From assembly GCA_040758355.1 (NCBI GenBank), contig JBFLWF010000016.1:1-57842 (forward strand): a stretch of DNA of 57,842 nucleotides, given 5' to 3'. The position numbers and the translations under genes are program-made. The notes under the pieces were generated by a model. It saw only the letters and a program-made list of their open reading frames with translations, was not told where the DNA came from and did no database searches. Positions 9,839 to 18,992 of the stretch are shown piece by piece; positions within the stretch are counted from its first letter, which is position 1; each line of letters opens with the position of its first letter. This stretch comes from Nitrospirota bacterium (GTDB lineage Bacteria; Nitrospirota; Thermodesulfovibrionia; Thermodesulfovibrionales; Dissulfurispiraceae).

Positions 9839-11536
9839 ATGGACATCACTCGCCTTACGCGAACATATAGGTCTGCCAGGAGACTCCAGCAGATCATCAA
9901 TGTATTCCTGAGATACGGCTTTGGACAGATAATTGACCAGATACATCTCGGCAGGTATATCCCTTTTAAAAAGAGGTTAAAGGCATTTGGAGTCTGGCCT
10001 GCCCTCAAAGGCCCCTCTGTTCCGGAAAGGCTCAGGATGGCCTTTGCAGATCTGGGCCCCACATTTATAAAATTAGCTCAGGTTCTTTCATCGAGACCCG
10101 ATTTAATTACGACCCAGTTCGCCGATGAATTCAAGAAACTTCAGGATGAAGTCCCTCCCTTTCCGGTTTTAGAAGCCAAAAAAACAATAGAAGAAGATAT
10201 AAAGCTGCCTCTCGATAGAATTTTTAAATATTTTGATGATCTTCCGATTGCCGCTGCATCCATCGCACAGGTGCACAGGGCAGAGCTCCTTGACGGCTCC
10301 GATGTCGTTGTTAAAGTTCAGAGACCTGATATCAGGGAGCAGATAGAATCGGATATAAATATCCTAACCACTATTGCACGACTCCTCGATAAATATGTAC
10401 CGGAAAGCAGGTTCTTCAATCCCACCGGCATAGTGGAGGAGTTCTCAAAGACAGTGAGAAAAGAGATGGATTTCGTAGAAGAGGCAAGGAATTGCTGCAG
10501 GTTCAGAAAGAATTTTGAACATAACCTTGATGTATATATCCCAAAGATATATGCGGAGTTTGTCACAGAAAGAGTGCTTGTAATGGAGATGGTGGAGGGC
10601 GTAAGGATCGATAATATAACTGCCATAGACGAAATGGGACTTGACCGGAAAGGGCTCGCGAAAACAGGCGTGGATGCGTACTTCAAACAGACACTGGAAG
10701 ATGGCTTTTTCCATGCAGACCCTCATCCAGGGAATATTTTTGTTATGCCTACAGGCATGATTGCATTTTTAGACTTTGGCATTGTTGGAAGGGTCTCTGA
10801 CGAGCTCAAAGAGACTATGGCAGATACATTCCTCGCGCTTATCCACAGGGATTTTGACAGGCTTATAGATAACTATGTGGAGCTTGGCATTGTCCCCGAG
10901 CATATAGATATCGATGCCTTCAGGAAAGATTTTAAGGCAGACCTCAGGGATTTGCTGGAGCCACTCTATGGACTTACGCTGCAGGAAATAAACTTTGCGC
11001 AGTACCTCGATACCATCACCCACCTGGCGATTAAACATAATCTGAAAATACCTTCTGACCTTTTGTTGATCAATAAAGCAATGCTCATCCTCGAGAACAT
11101 CGGGCTGCAGCTTGACCCCAACTTCGATTTTATTGCCGCGGCAGAACCATACGCTTCACGGATTATCAGAAAGAGGATAAGCCCCTCGCGGCTTTACGAT
11201 AAGGCACGGAAGAATGTCATGGAGATCGGCGATTTTGCATTCCTCTTTCCGAGGCAGGTGAAGCAGATAATAAAAAAGGCACTGAAGGACGATATTCAGA
11301 TAAAGATGTTTCATGTCAATCTCCCGGAATTCATAAAAGACATGGACAGGTCGAGCAACAGGATCGCCTTTGCCCTTATCGTTAGCGCCATGCTTATAAG
11401 TTCTGCAATAATGCATGCGACAAAGGTTCCTCCAATCATATTCGGCATTTCCCTTTTTGGCATTTCCGCCTTTGGCTTTGCATTTCTTCTGGGTATCTGG
11501 CTCATCATCTCCATAATCCGTTCAGGAAGGCTGTAA
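9839..11536 (+). CDS. ubiB: AarF/ABC1/UbiB family atypical kinase
   Basis: LGPTFIKLAQ, AAASIAQVH, VVVKVQRP, HADPHPGN, LDFG; C-terminal TM helices. Confidence 0.92.
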   Translation: MDITRLTRTYRSARRLQQIINVFLRYGFGQIIDQIHLGRYIPFKKRLKAFGVWPALKGPSVPERLRMAFADLGPTFIKLAQVLSSRPDLITTQFADEFKKLQDEVPPFPVLEAKKTIEEDIKLPLDRIFKYFDDLPIAAASIAQVHRAELLDGSDVVVKVQRPDIREQIESDINILTTIARLLDKYVPESRFFNPTGIVEEFSKTVRKEMDFVEEARNCCRFRKNFEHNLDVYIPKIYAEFVTERVLVMEMVEGVRIDNITAIDEMGLDRKGLAKTGVDAYFKQTLEDGFFHADPHPGNIFVMPTGMIAFLDFGIVGRVSDELKETMADTFLALIHRDFDRLIDNYVELGIVPEHIDIDAFRKDFKADLRDLLEPLYGLTLQEINFAQYLDTITHLAIKHNLKIPSDLLLINKAMLILENIGLQLDPNFDFIAAAEPYASRIIRKRISPSRLYDKARKNVMEIGDFAFLFPRQVKQIIKKALKDDIQIKMFHVNLPEFIKDMDRSSNRIAFALIVSAMLISSAIMHATKVPPIIFGISLFGISAFGFAFLLGIWLIISIIRSGRL

Positions 11537-11559
11537 AGAAAAATTAACCTGAAAAAAAC

Positions 11560-11600
11560 TTGACAAATTTTTTTAAAATAGGATAGCATTACTCCAGATT
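11560..11600 (+). promoter_or_regulatory. Sigma70-type promoter with candidate Rrf2 operator
   Basis: TTGACA at 11560, TAGCAT at 11584; imperfect dyad AATAGGA-N9-TCCAGATT overlapping the -10. Confidence 0.5.
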
Positions 11601-12008
11601 ATGGAAATCACACGTGAAACAGACTATGCAATAAGATGCGTACTCCATCTGTCGGAGGCACCCAATGACGTCATAATGGTGGATGAGATCGCAAAGGCGA
11701 AGTCCATCCCGAAGAGTTTCCTTTCAAAAATACTGCAAAAGCTCGCAAAGGCAAATATTGTGAAATCATACAGGGGCGTCAAGGGCGGCTTCCAGATAGC
11801 AAAGGCCCCAAGGGAGATAAACCTGCTCGATGTCATAGATGCTATAGAAGGCCCGGTTGCCATGAACAGATGTGCAGTCAACAAAAAGTTTTGCAGTTTG
11901 AGCAGTAACTGCACGGTACATCCCGTGTGGGTTGAACTGCGGAAGGATGTCGAAAAAAAGCTGAAAAAAATCGATTTCGCAAGGCTCATAGTGTCTAAGA
12001 AGCAATAA
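11601..12008 (+). CDS. Rrf2 family transcriptional regulator (Fe-S type)
   Basis: TRETDYAIR, FLSKILQKL, SYRGVKGGF; three Cys (C..C..C) followed by His. Confidence 0.93.
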   Translation: MEITRETDYAIRCVLHLSEAPNDVIMVDEIAKAKSIPKSFLSKILQKLAKANIVKSYRGVKGGFQIAKAPREINLLDVIDAIEGPVAMNRCAVNKKFCSLSSNCTVHPVWVELRKDVEKKLKKIDFARLIVSKKQ

Positions 12009-12017
12009 TAAAACTAT

Positions 12018-12046
12018 GGGTTTCATAAGGGATTCCATCCCCTATG
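12018..12046 (+). repeat. GGGG-led hairpin family, copy 1
   Basis: GGGTTT-CATAAGGGA-TTCCA-TCCCCTATG. Confidence 0.6.
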
Positions 12047-12062
12047 TTTTAGGAGGCTGCCT

Positions 12063-13373
12063 ATGTATCCTGTATGGGAAGTCCCCAATTTAAGCGCTGG
12101 CATTATTCTTGGGATAATGTCAACATTCCATATTTTACCATCCCATCTGTCAGTAAGCTCTATGTGGTTTAATGTCTATGTGGAAACAAAGGCATATAGG
12201 GAGAACAGACCCGAGCTTATGGAGTTTGTAAAAAAATACACGCTTCTCCTTCTTATATTCGCATATGTCTTTGGTTCCCTGAGCGGAGTGGGTATCTGGT
12301 ATGCTGCCACGGTTACAAATCCGAGAGGCATATCAGGACTGATACATAACTATGTGTGGGGATGGGCAACAGAGTGGGTGTTTTTTATAATTGAAGTAAC
12401 AGGCATATTTATCTATTACTACACACTCAATAAAGTAGACAGAAAGACCCACCTGAAAATAGGCTGGATATTCGTAATTGCCTCATGGATAACTATGGTT
12501 ATTATCACTGGAATCCTTGCCTTTATGCTGTCGCCAGGCAAATGGGTTGAGACAGGCAATTTCTTTGACGGATTCTTTAATCAAACATACTGGCCGCAGC
12601 TCCTTATGAGGACTATGCTGATGTTTTGCATCGGTGCAGTTTATGCTATTATTGCTGCTTCAAGGCTTAAAGACGCGGAGACTAAAAAACTCGTTGTTAA
12701 AACGGCATCTAAATGGGGAGCAGCCGGTCTTGTTATCGGCGGCATTATATCCTTCTGGTATCTGAAGACACTGCCTGACAACGGCCGCACAATGCTCGAA
12801 ATAATCGTTCCGAAGGGACTTAAGAGCGGTATGATTATTTCGCTCGGCGGCATGATGATTTATTTTATATATGCGCATATAAGGCCGCTGACAATAAAGA
12901 TTGTGCCTGCAGTCCTTGCGGTAGCTGTTCTTTTTATAGGGATATGGTCTGCTGAAAGAACGAGGGAAATGCTCAGAAAGCCTTATGTTATATCGTCATA
13001 CATGTATTCCAATCAGATAATAGGCAGGGGAATTGAATCAAAAGGCGTGAAATCAGAGGCTGAAGTAATTAATGAAAAAGGAATTCTCAAGTTTGTTCCA
13101 TTTGTCCCGGGACATCTCAGGGATATAAACGATGGAAATAGATTGCAGGCAGGGAAGATGATAGCCCTTATTGAATGCGCTCAATGCCATGTGCTTGAGA
13201 GTAAAGGACTCAGACCGCTTCCGCAAATGGCAAAAAAGGTCGGATTTAAAGATATAGAAACCGCTGAAGGCTTTCTTGATGCCCTTGCAGGATTTCCTTA
13301 TATGCCGCCATTTCATGGGACAGCGGCTGAAAAGAAGGCGCTTGCAGCCTATCTTGTTTCGCTGAATAAATAA
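12063..13373 (+). CDS. Cytochrome bd-like (CydA-like) membrane subunit with C-terminal c-type heme domain
   Basis: FHILPSH, GSLSGVGIW, WATEWVFF, RKPYVI, and CxxCH (CAQCH) with distal YMPPF. Confidence 0.8.
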   Translation: MYPVWEVPNLSAGIILGIMSTFHILPSHLSVSSMWFNVYVETKAYRENRPELMEFVKKYTLLLLIFAYVFGSLSGVGIWYAATVTNPRGISGLIHNYVWGWATEWVFFIIEVTGIFIYYYTLNKVDRKTHLKIGWIFVIASWITMVIITGILAFMLSPGKWVETGNFFDGFFNQTYWPQLLMRTMLMFCIGAVYAIIAASRLKDAETKKLVVKTASKWGAAGLVIGGIISFWYLKTLPDNGRTMLEIIVPKGLKSGMIISLGGMMIYFIYAHIRPLTIKIVPAVLAVAVLFIGIWSAERTREMLRKPYVISSYMYSNQIIGRGIESKGVKSEAEVINEKGILKFVPFVPGHLRDINDGNRLQAGKMIALIECAQCHVLESKGLRPLPQMAKKVGFKDIETAEGFLDALAGFPYMPPFHGTAAEKKALAAYLVSLNK

Positions 13374-13425
13374 TTCAATAGGTAAGAAGCATGGCTGACT
13401 TGAGCGGATTGGAGGAGGTTTAAGC

Positions 13426-14637
13426 ATGGATGCAGGGACAATGATAAATACTTTGCAGGACCCGATGGGCATTCCCTTTTATCCCATTTTATTTCAGGTG
13501 CTCATGGTAATTACTTTTGCCCTGCACATCATGTTTGTAAATTTTGCTATTGGTACGATTTCCCTCTCTGTGTACGCATATCTAAAAGGCGGGGAGTATT
13601 GGAGACAACTGTCCAAATCCATGGTCAGGGCAGCCACATCGAGTATTTCAATGGCAATTCTTTTAGGTGTGGCGCCTCTACTATTTGTTCAGGTGATATA
13701 TGACCCTTTCTGGTATGTATCCAATACCCTCTCTGCTGCATGGGTGATCGGATTTATCCTGATATTGATGACTGCATACAGCCTTACATATGTCTTTTAT
13801 CTCAAGCGGGATTCTAAGAGTAATAGCTTTGCTATATTCGGAATCATTGCCTTTGCCTTTTTCATATTTGCCGGGGTTATTATGCATGCCCTCGGTTATC
13901 AGCTCCTGCAGCCGGAGAAATGGCTTGATTGGTATGTGAGAGGGAATACAGCGGATACATCTGGCGTGTCCTTGCACGCCTTCCAGCTTTCGAGATTTCT
14001 CCATTTCATAGTCCCGTCTTTTGCCATGACAGGCATGCTCCTCATGTTATATGCATGGTATTTTAAAGACAGGAATGATAAGGACAAGGAATATCTGCAG
14101 TGGGCCGGAAAGATGGGCGCAAATATGGCCTTTGTCTTTACTGCAATACAGGCTGCTGTAGGCTTCTGGTGGCTTCTCAGTTTGCCGTCTGAGTTCAGGT
14201 TTTTCTTAGATCCATTCTTTCTGATTGGCGCAGGGCTTGGGATTGTATTATTGGTTTACCTGTATTCTGCAAGAAAAGACCCTGTGAGATATGCAGTGCC
14301 GGGTATTCTTCTTGCATTTCTGACTATATTGGGGATGTCATATACAAGGGAATCTTTGAGGATGAAGTATCTCGGCCGCTTCGATTATTCCATCTTCAAT
14401 TATAAGCTGAACTTGGACTATGGAAGCACACTCCTCTTCTTATCCACATTTGTGGTCGGTTTGGTAATAGCAGGCTACCTCCTTGCTGTTGCATATAAAT
14501 CAGGCAAAGCTGCAGGTGAATATGTTTCAACGCCATCAATGAACAGGTGGGGAAATATAAGCATAGCACTGCTTTTGATATGGATAGCTATTGTTGCCGG
14601 ACTCGGCATTGCAATTTCGGTAAAAAATTATTTATAA
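13426..14637 (+). CDS. Second CydA-like polytopic membrane subunit
   Basis: TFALHIMFVN, GVAPLLFVQVIY, RFLHF; multi-TM; co-oriented with previous gene. Confidence 0.7.
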   Translation: MDAGTMINTLQDPMGIPFYPILFQVLMVITFALHIMFVNFAIGTISLSVYAYLKGGEYWRQLSKSMVRAATSSISMAILLGVAPLLFVQVIYDPFWYVSNTLSAAWVIGFILILMTAYSLTYVFYLKRDSKSNSFAIFGIIAFAFFIFAGVIMHALGYQLLQPEKWLDWYVRGNTADTSGVSLHAFQLSRFLHFIVPSFAMTGMLLMLYAWYFKDRNDKDKEYLQWAGKMGANMAFVFTAIQAAVGFWWLLSLPSEFRFFLDPFFLIGAGLGIVLLVYLYSARKDPVRYAVPGILLAFLTILGMSYTRESLRMKYLGRFDYSIFNYKLNLDYGSTLLFLSTFVVGLVIAGYLLAVAYKSGKAAGEYVSTPSMNRWGNISIALLLIWIAIVAGLGIAISVKNYL

Positions 14638-14646
14638 ATACAGTTA

Positions 14647-15348
14647 ATGCATGTGAAAGAAAAAATCTTTGGAAGGCTCCTGCCTGCTGTCCTTGCAGCC
14701 TTTTTTATACTGCTGTCCACTCCCATCCATGGTAAATATGCAGCCTTGTCGCCCCATGGACTTCCTGATGCTTCATCAGGCCGTTATAAGTTTGATCTTG
14801 AGCTTAAAAAGGGTAAGTTTTTGGTAGCCAGTACAAACATAAAAGACCCCCGTTTTGCCGAAACAGTTATCTTCTTGGTTGATCATGGCCCGCAAGGCAC
14901 AATGGGTTTGATTGTCAACAGGCCTACAGATATAAGGCTTTCTAAGATGTTCCCTGATATTAACGGACTGGAAAAGGTTCCCGACTTTATTTATATTGGA
15001 GGGCCGGTGGAAAGAAACCGGTTGTTCATGCTCATCCAGACATCCGGCAAGCCTGAAGATGCCCATCCGGTATTCGATAATATCTACATAAGCACAAGCA
15101 GCGCCTTGCTCGAACGTGCTGTCAATGACCCTGATGCAGGAGAGAGATTCAGGATATACTCGGGCTATGCGGGCTGGGCACCCGGCCAGCTTGAGCATGA
15201 AATAACAAGAGGCGATTGGCATATCATGAATGGCGATGCGGAGATTATTTTTAATAATGCACCATTGGAGCTATGGCAGAAGATTATGAATACGAGAATG
15301 CATTTGCAGGTCTATATGCCCTGCCTACCGGCAGGGCATATAGTATAA
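14647..15348 (+). CDS. YqgE/AlgH family protein with N-terminal signal-like extension
   Basis: DPRFAETVI, GLIVNRP, GGPV, GYAGWAPGQLEHEI..GDW. Confidence 0.9.
   Translation: MHVKEKIFGRLLPAVLAAFFILLSTPIHGKYAALSPHGLPDASSGRYKFDLELKKGKFLVASTNIKDPRFAETVIFLVDHGPQGTMGLIVNRPTDIRLSKMFPDINGLEKVPDFIYIGGPVERNRLFMLIQTSGKPEDAHPVFDNIYISTSSALLERAVNDPDAGERFRIYSGYAGWAPGQLEHEITRGDWHIMNGDAEIIFNNAPLELWQKIMNTRMHLQVYMPCLPAGHIV
15312..15343. terminator. Perfect 14-bp hairpin between convergent genes
   Basis: CTATATGCCCTGCC-TACC-GGCAGGGCATATAG in the last codons of the yqgE-like gene. Confidence 0.65.
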
Positions 15349-15352
15349 TTTA

Positions 15353-16510
15353 TTACTTCTTTCTTGCTGCTTCTTTGATTATTTCCTGTCCGATGACGTT
15401 TCTCTGTATCTGGTTCGTGCCCTCGTAAATCTGGAGGATCTTTGCATCCCTCATCATCTTCTCAACAGGATATTCCTTCATGTATCCCGAACCGCCCATG
15501 ACCTGAACGGCGTTTGTGGTCACCTTCATGCCCACATCTGTGCCGAATGTCTTTGCCATTGCAGAGGGCTTTGATATGTCCTTTGCGCCGCTGTCCACGT
15601 ACCTTGCGACAGAATAGATGAGAGACCGCGCAGCCTCTATCTCGATAGCCATATCTGCAAGCATGTGCTGTACTGCCTGAAAGCTTATAATCGGATGGCC
15701 GAACTGGTGCCTCTGCCGTGCAAATTTTACAGCCTCTTCAAATGCGCCCTGAGCAACTCCAAGTCCTTGTGCACCAACGCCTGTCCTTGAAGAGTCGAGG
15801 GTCTTCATTGCAACGATAAATCCCATGCCGTCCCTTCCTAAGATGTTTTCCTTCGGGATTCTGCAGTTATCGAATATCAATTCCCTTGTGGATGATGCCC
15901 TTATGCCCATCTTGTTCTCTTTCTTCCCGAAGGTGAAGCCCGGTGTCCCTTTCTCAACAACGAATGCAGATGCGCCCCTCGGCCCCTTTGATTTATCTGT
16001 TATGGCGATGATGGTGTATATCTCAGCCTCTCCGCCATTTGTAATCCATTGCTTTGTGCCGTTTAAGACATACTCGTTCCCCTCGAGTTTTGCGGTCGTC
16101 TGTATCCCTCCAGCATCGCTTCCGGCGTTTGCCTCTGTAAGGCCGAAGGCAACCAGCCTTTTGCCTGCTGCGATGTCAGGCAGATATTTCTTCTTCTGCT
16201 CATCGGTGCCGAAAAGCAGTATTGGATAGGTGCCGAGGGCATTTGCAGCATATGTTGTGGATACGCCTACACATGCCCTTGAAAGCTCTTCAACGGCTAA
16301 ACAGAGTTCAAGGCATCCCTTGCCGAGTCCTCCGTACTCCTCGGGTATAAAAAGCCCTATCATGTCTGACTGGGCAAGTGTCTTTATTATTTCCCACGGA
16401 TATTCATTTTTTTCATCGAGCTCGGCCCTGACAGGCACGACCTTTTCCTCTGCGATCTGACGTGCAAGGTCTCGTATCATCTGCTGCTCTTCAGTTAAGA
16501 AATAATCCAT
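15353..16510 (-). CDS. Acyl-CoA dehydrogenase
   Basis: FGLTEANAGSD, NGTKQWITNG, RHQFG, RDAKILQIYEGTNQIQR. Confidence 0.96.
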   Translation of the reverse strand: MDYFLTEEQQMIRDLARQIAEEKVVPVRAELDEKNEYPWEIIKTLAQSDMIGLFIPEEYGGLGKGCLELCLAVEELSRACVGVSTTYAANALGTYPILLFGTDEQKKKYLPDIAAGKRLVAFGLTEANAGSDAGGIQTTAKLEGNEYVLNGTKQWITNGGEAEIYTIIAITDKSKGPRGASAFVVEKGTPGFTFGKKENKMGIRASSTRELIFDNCRIPKENILGRDGMGFIVAMKTLDSSRTGVGAQGLGVAQGAFEEAVKFARQRHQFGHPIISFQAVQHMLADMAIEIEAARSLIYSVARYVDSGAKDISKPSAMAKTFGTDVGMKVTTNAVQVMGGSGYMKEYPVEKMMRDAKILQIYEGTNQIQRNVIGQEIIKEAARKK

Positions 16511-16528
16511 AAAAACCCTCCCATTTAT

Positions 16529-17872
16529 TTATCCGCTAATGTCGATTTCTTCTATCAAGAGGCTTGAAGCGCCTATATTACCATAAAATCGCAGATCATC
16601 GCCAACCATGACCACCTTTTTAAACAGGTCGAGGATATTGCCTGAAATCACCGCCTCTTTTACAGGATGCTTTATCTCTCCATCTTCTATCCATAATCCT
16701 GATGCACCCACAGAGAATTCCCCTGAAATGGGGTTTGCAGTGTGCATGCCCATTGTTTCGATAACATAGAGGCCTCTGTTAATATTTTTTACGAGATTTT
16801 CGAATCTTTTTGTATATTCCGCTGATGTTGGTTCTATATAGAGATTTGTGGGGCCTACCGTAGGAAGGCCTGTGAAGCCGCCTCGAACAGCATTTCCTGT
16901 GGATGCAATGCCATCTTTCTTTGCTGTGTAAGTGTTATATAAATATCCGTTTAAAATCCCTTTTCCGATTAATATCTTGTGAGATGTGGGGACGCCTTCG
17001 TCATCAACAGGTTTGCTGCCGAGTTTTCCATCGAGCAATCCGCTGTCCATGATATTGAGCCTGTCGCTTATTACCACATCGCCTTTTTTGCCTGCAAGCA
17101 TTGACTTCTTTTTCTGTACCGATTCGGATGAAAGGGCAGACGAAAGTATGCCTAAGAACTCTGTGGATACCGAATTGTCCAGAAGGACAAAGCCCTTAAT
17201 AGAGTTTATCTTCCGTGCCCCGAGGATCTGTGCTGCCCTGCGTGCCGCAGTCCTGCCAACTTCCTCGAAGGATACATCCTTTAAAAACCTGCTTCCCTGA
17301 TAATCCCATCCAAGCTGGCTTTCACTGCCTTCCTCTGCAATTGCCATTAATTGAGCCGAACATCCTGTGGATTGATAATGCGCATTTATGCCGTGAGAAT
17401 TTACGATATAGGTATTGTTTGTGCTGAAGCTCCCTGACGCCTTCCTGATTTTCTTTATACGATTGTCTTCATTAAATGCAGAACTCTCGATAAGAAGTGT
17501 GCGATTTATAGCCGCATCTTCTGATAATGAGGCTATATCATTGTCAAAGATCAAAGGCTGGCTAATTGCTGAAGGCTGAAGGGCTGAAGGCAATTCAAGA
17601 TAATCGTCAGGCTCGGAATACTTTGATGCCTCTATCGCATTTTCTGCAACAATATCCATTTCATCCGGGTTTGTGGAATACGAAAACCCGAGGCGGTTAT
17701 CCTTTATGACCCTGATGCAATATCCCATGGTCATCGATGACTCAAGGGTATCTATCTTCTGCTCCTTGACCTCAATGCCGAGGCTCTTTGATGTCTTTAC
17801 ATAGACCTCTGCCTTATCAGCGCCTTTTTTCATGGCAATTTCCATAAGTTTTAAAGCGAACTCTGTATTCAT
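16529..17872 (-). CDS. pmbA: TldD/PmbA family protein (PmbA/TldE-like)
   Basis: GADKAEVY, DDEGVP, STGNA, SGEFS, GEIKHPV; start reassigned to ATG 17872 overlapping the queD stop. Confidence 0.9.
   Translation of the reverse strand: MNTEFALKLMEIAMKKGADKAEVYVKTSKSLGIEVKEQKIDTLESSMTMGYCIRVIKDNRLGFSYSTNPDEMDIVAENAIEASKYSEPDDYLELPSALQPSAISQPLIFDNDIASLSEDAAINRTLLIESSAFNEDNRIKKIRKASGSFSTNNTYIVNSHGINAHYQSTGCSAQLMAIAEEGSESQLGWDYQGSRFLKDVSFEEVGRTAARRAAQILGARKINSIKGFVLLDNSVSTEFLGILSSALSSESVQKKKSMLAGKKGDVVISDRLNIMDSGLLDGKLGSKPVDDEGVPTSHKILIGKGILNGYLYNTYTAKKDGIASTGNAVRGGFTGLPTVGPTNLYIEPTSAEYTKRFENLVKNINRGLYVIETMGMHTANPISGEFSVGASGLWIEDGEIKHPVKEAVISGNILDLFKKVVMVGDDLRFYGNIGASSLLIEEIDISG
17555..17592 (-). repeat. 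In-frame CTTCAGC-unit tandem inside pmbA
   Basis: Minus strand GCCTTCAGCCCTTCAGCCTTCAGCAATTAGCCAGCC, translated LPSALQPSAISQP. Confidence 0.7.
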
Positions 17873-18249
17873 CCCCATTCCTCGTAATACGTTGCCGATG
17901 CGGTTTCCGACTCCCATACCGTTACAGCAGAGACTTTTATGTTTTCGTATGATGCCAATCCCTTTTTGAGGGAATCGAATATCCATTTTGCTATATTTTC
18001 TGAAGATGGGTTCTTCTCTGTAAAAGGGAATATATCATTAAGGAATTTGTGATCGAGCTGGGCAACGATTTCATTGGTTATTTTCTTAAGGTCGTGGAAA
18101 TCGATGGCAATATCTATTTCATTTAATTTTTCCGTTGTCACATATGCCTGTACCTTCCAGTTATGGCCGTGCAGGTTTTCGCATTTGCCCTTATAGCCCC
18201 TTAATTGATGGGCTGAGGCAAAAGATGTCTCTATCATCAGTTTGTACAT
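17869..18249 (-). CDS. queD: 6-carboxytetrahydropterin synthase
   Basis: FASAH, CENLHGHNW, NPSSENIA, VWES. Confidence 0.95.
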   Translation of the reverse strand: MYKLMIETSFASAHQLRGYKGKCENLHGHNWKVQAYVTTEKLNEIDIAIDFHDLKKITNEIVAQLDHKFLNDIFPFTEKNPSSENIAKWIFDSLKKGLASYENIKVSAVTVWESETASATYYEEWG

Positions 18250-18264
18250 AAAACCTCCAATGGA

Positions 18265-18339
18265 AGGTGATAGGTAATAGGTTATAGGTCATGGGAAAAT
18301 ATTTCTTTCCTATAGCCTATCGCCCATAACCCATAGCCT
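18265..18339. repeat. Heptamer-repeat hairpin (AGGTNAT units), 4+4 units
   Basis: AGGTGAT AGGTAAT AGGTTAT AGGTCAT GGGAAA ... TTTCCT ATAGCCT ATCGCCC ATAACCC ATAGCCT. Confidence 0.85.
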
Positions 18340-18342
18340 GTT

Positions 18343-18864
18343 TTACGTTTCTTTTTTAAATATCGCTATGTAAGGAAGATTCCTGTATTTATTGTCATAG
18401 TCGAGGCCGTAGCCCACTACGAACTGGTTGGGAATCTCAAAGCCTATATAATCGACAGGAACATCTACCGAGCGGCGCTCTTTTTTGTCCAGCAGTATAC
18501 ATATCTTAAGGCTTGCAGGGCCTTTTGAGAGTATCCTCTCTCTTATATAATTGAGTGATACGCCTGTATCGATAATGTCGTCTATCAGAAGAACATGCTT
18601 TCCTGCAATGTCTTCCTTTATGTCGTAATGTATCTTCACTTCTCCTGTGGATGTGCTTTTTAAATAGCTCGATGCTACGATGAAATCCAGCGTAACCGGA
18701 ATCTTGAGTGCCCGTATGATGTCTGCAAAAAACATGAATGAGCCTTTTAAGATGCCCACTGCAAGGATCTCTTTACCGATATAGTCACGGGATATCCTGT
18801 CTGCCAGTTCGGTAACCTTTTCGTGGATCTGCTCGGTCGTCAAAAACGGCTTTCCTATGATCAT
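18343..18864 (-). CDS. hpt: Hypoxanthine phosphoribosyltransferase
   Basis: GILKGS, VLLIDDIIDTG, FVVGYGLDY..YRNLP. Confidence 0.95.
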   Translation of the reverse strand: MIIGKPFLTTEQIHEKVTELADRISRDYIGKEILAVGILKGSFMFFADIIRALKIPVTLDFIVASSYLKSTSTGEVKIHYDIKEDIAGKHVLLIDDIIDTGVSLNYIRERILSKGPASLKICILLDKKERRSVDVPVDYIGFEIPNQFVVGYGLDYDNKYRNLPYIAIFKKET

Positions 18865-18992
18865 GGCTCCCTCCGAATATTTAGTGTCAGTGATTAGCTG
18901 AAGTATTCTGCTGGCACTAATTATAACTTATGGCAATAGCGGTTTGCATTATCTATTATAGAGATAATAAAATATTCTGAGGTTACACGCCT

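Noticed and set aside
17873..17986. N-terminal extension of PmbA
   Set aside because: Overlaps queD in another frame; the ATGA-coupled start at 17872 is more plausible.
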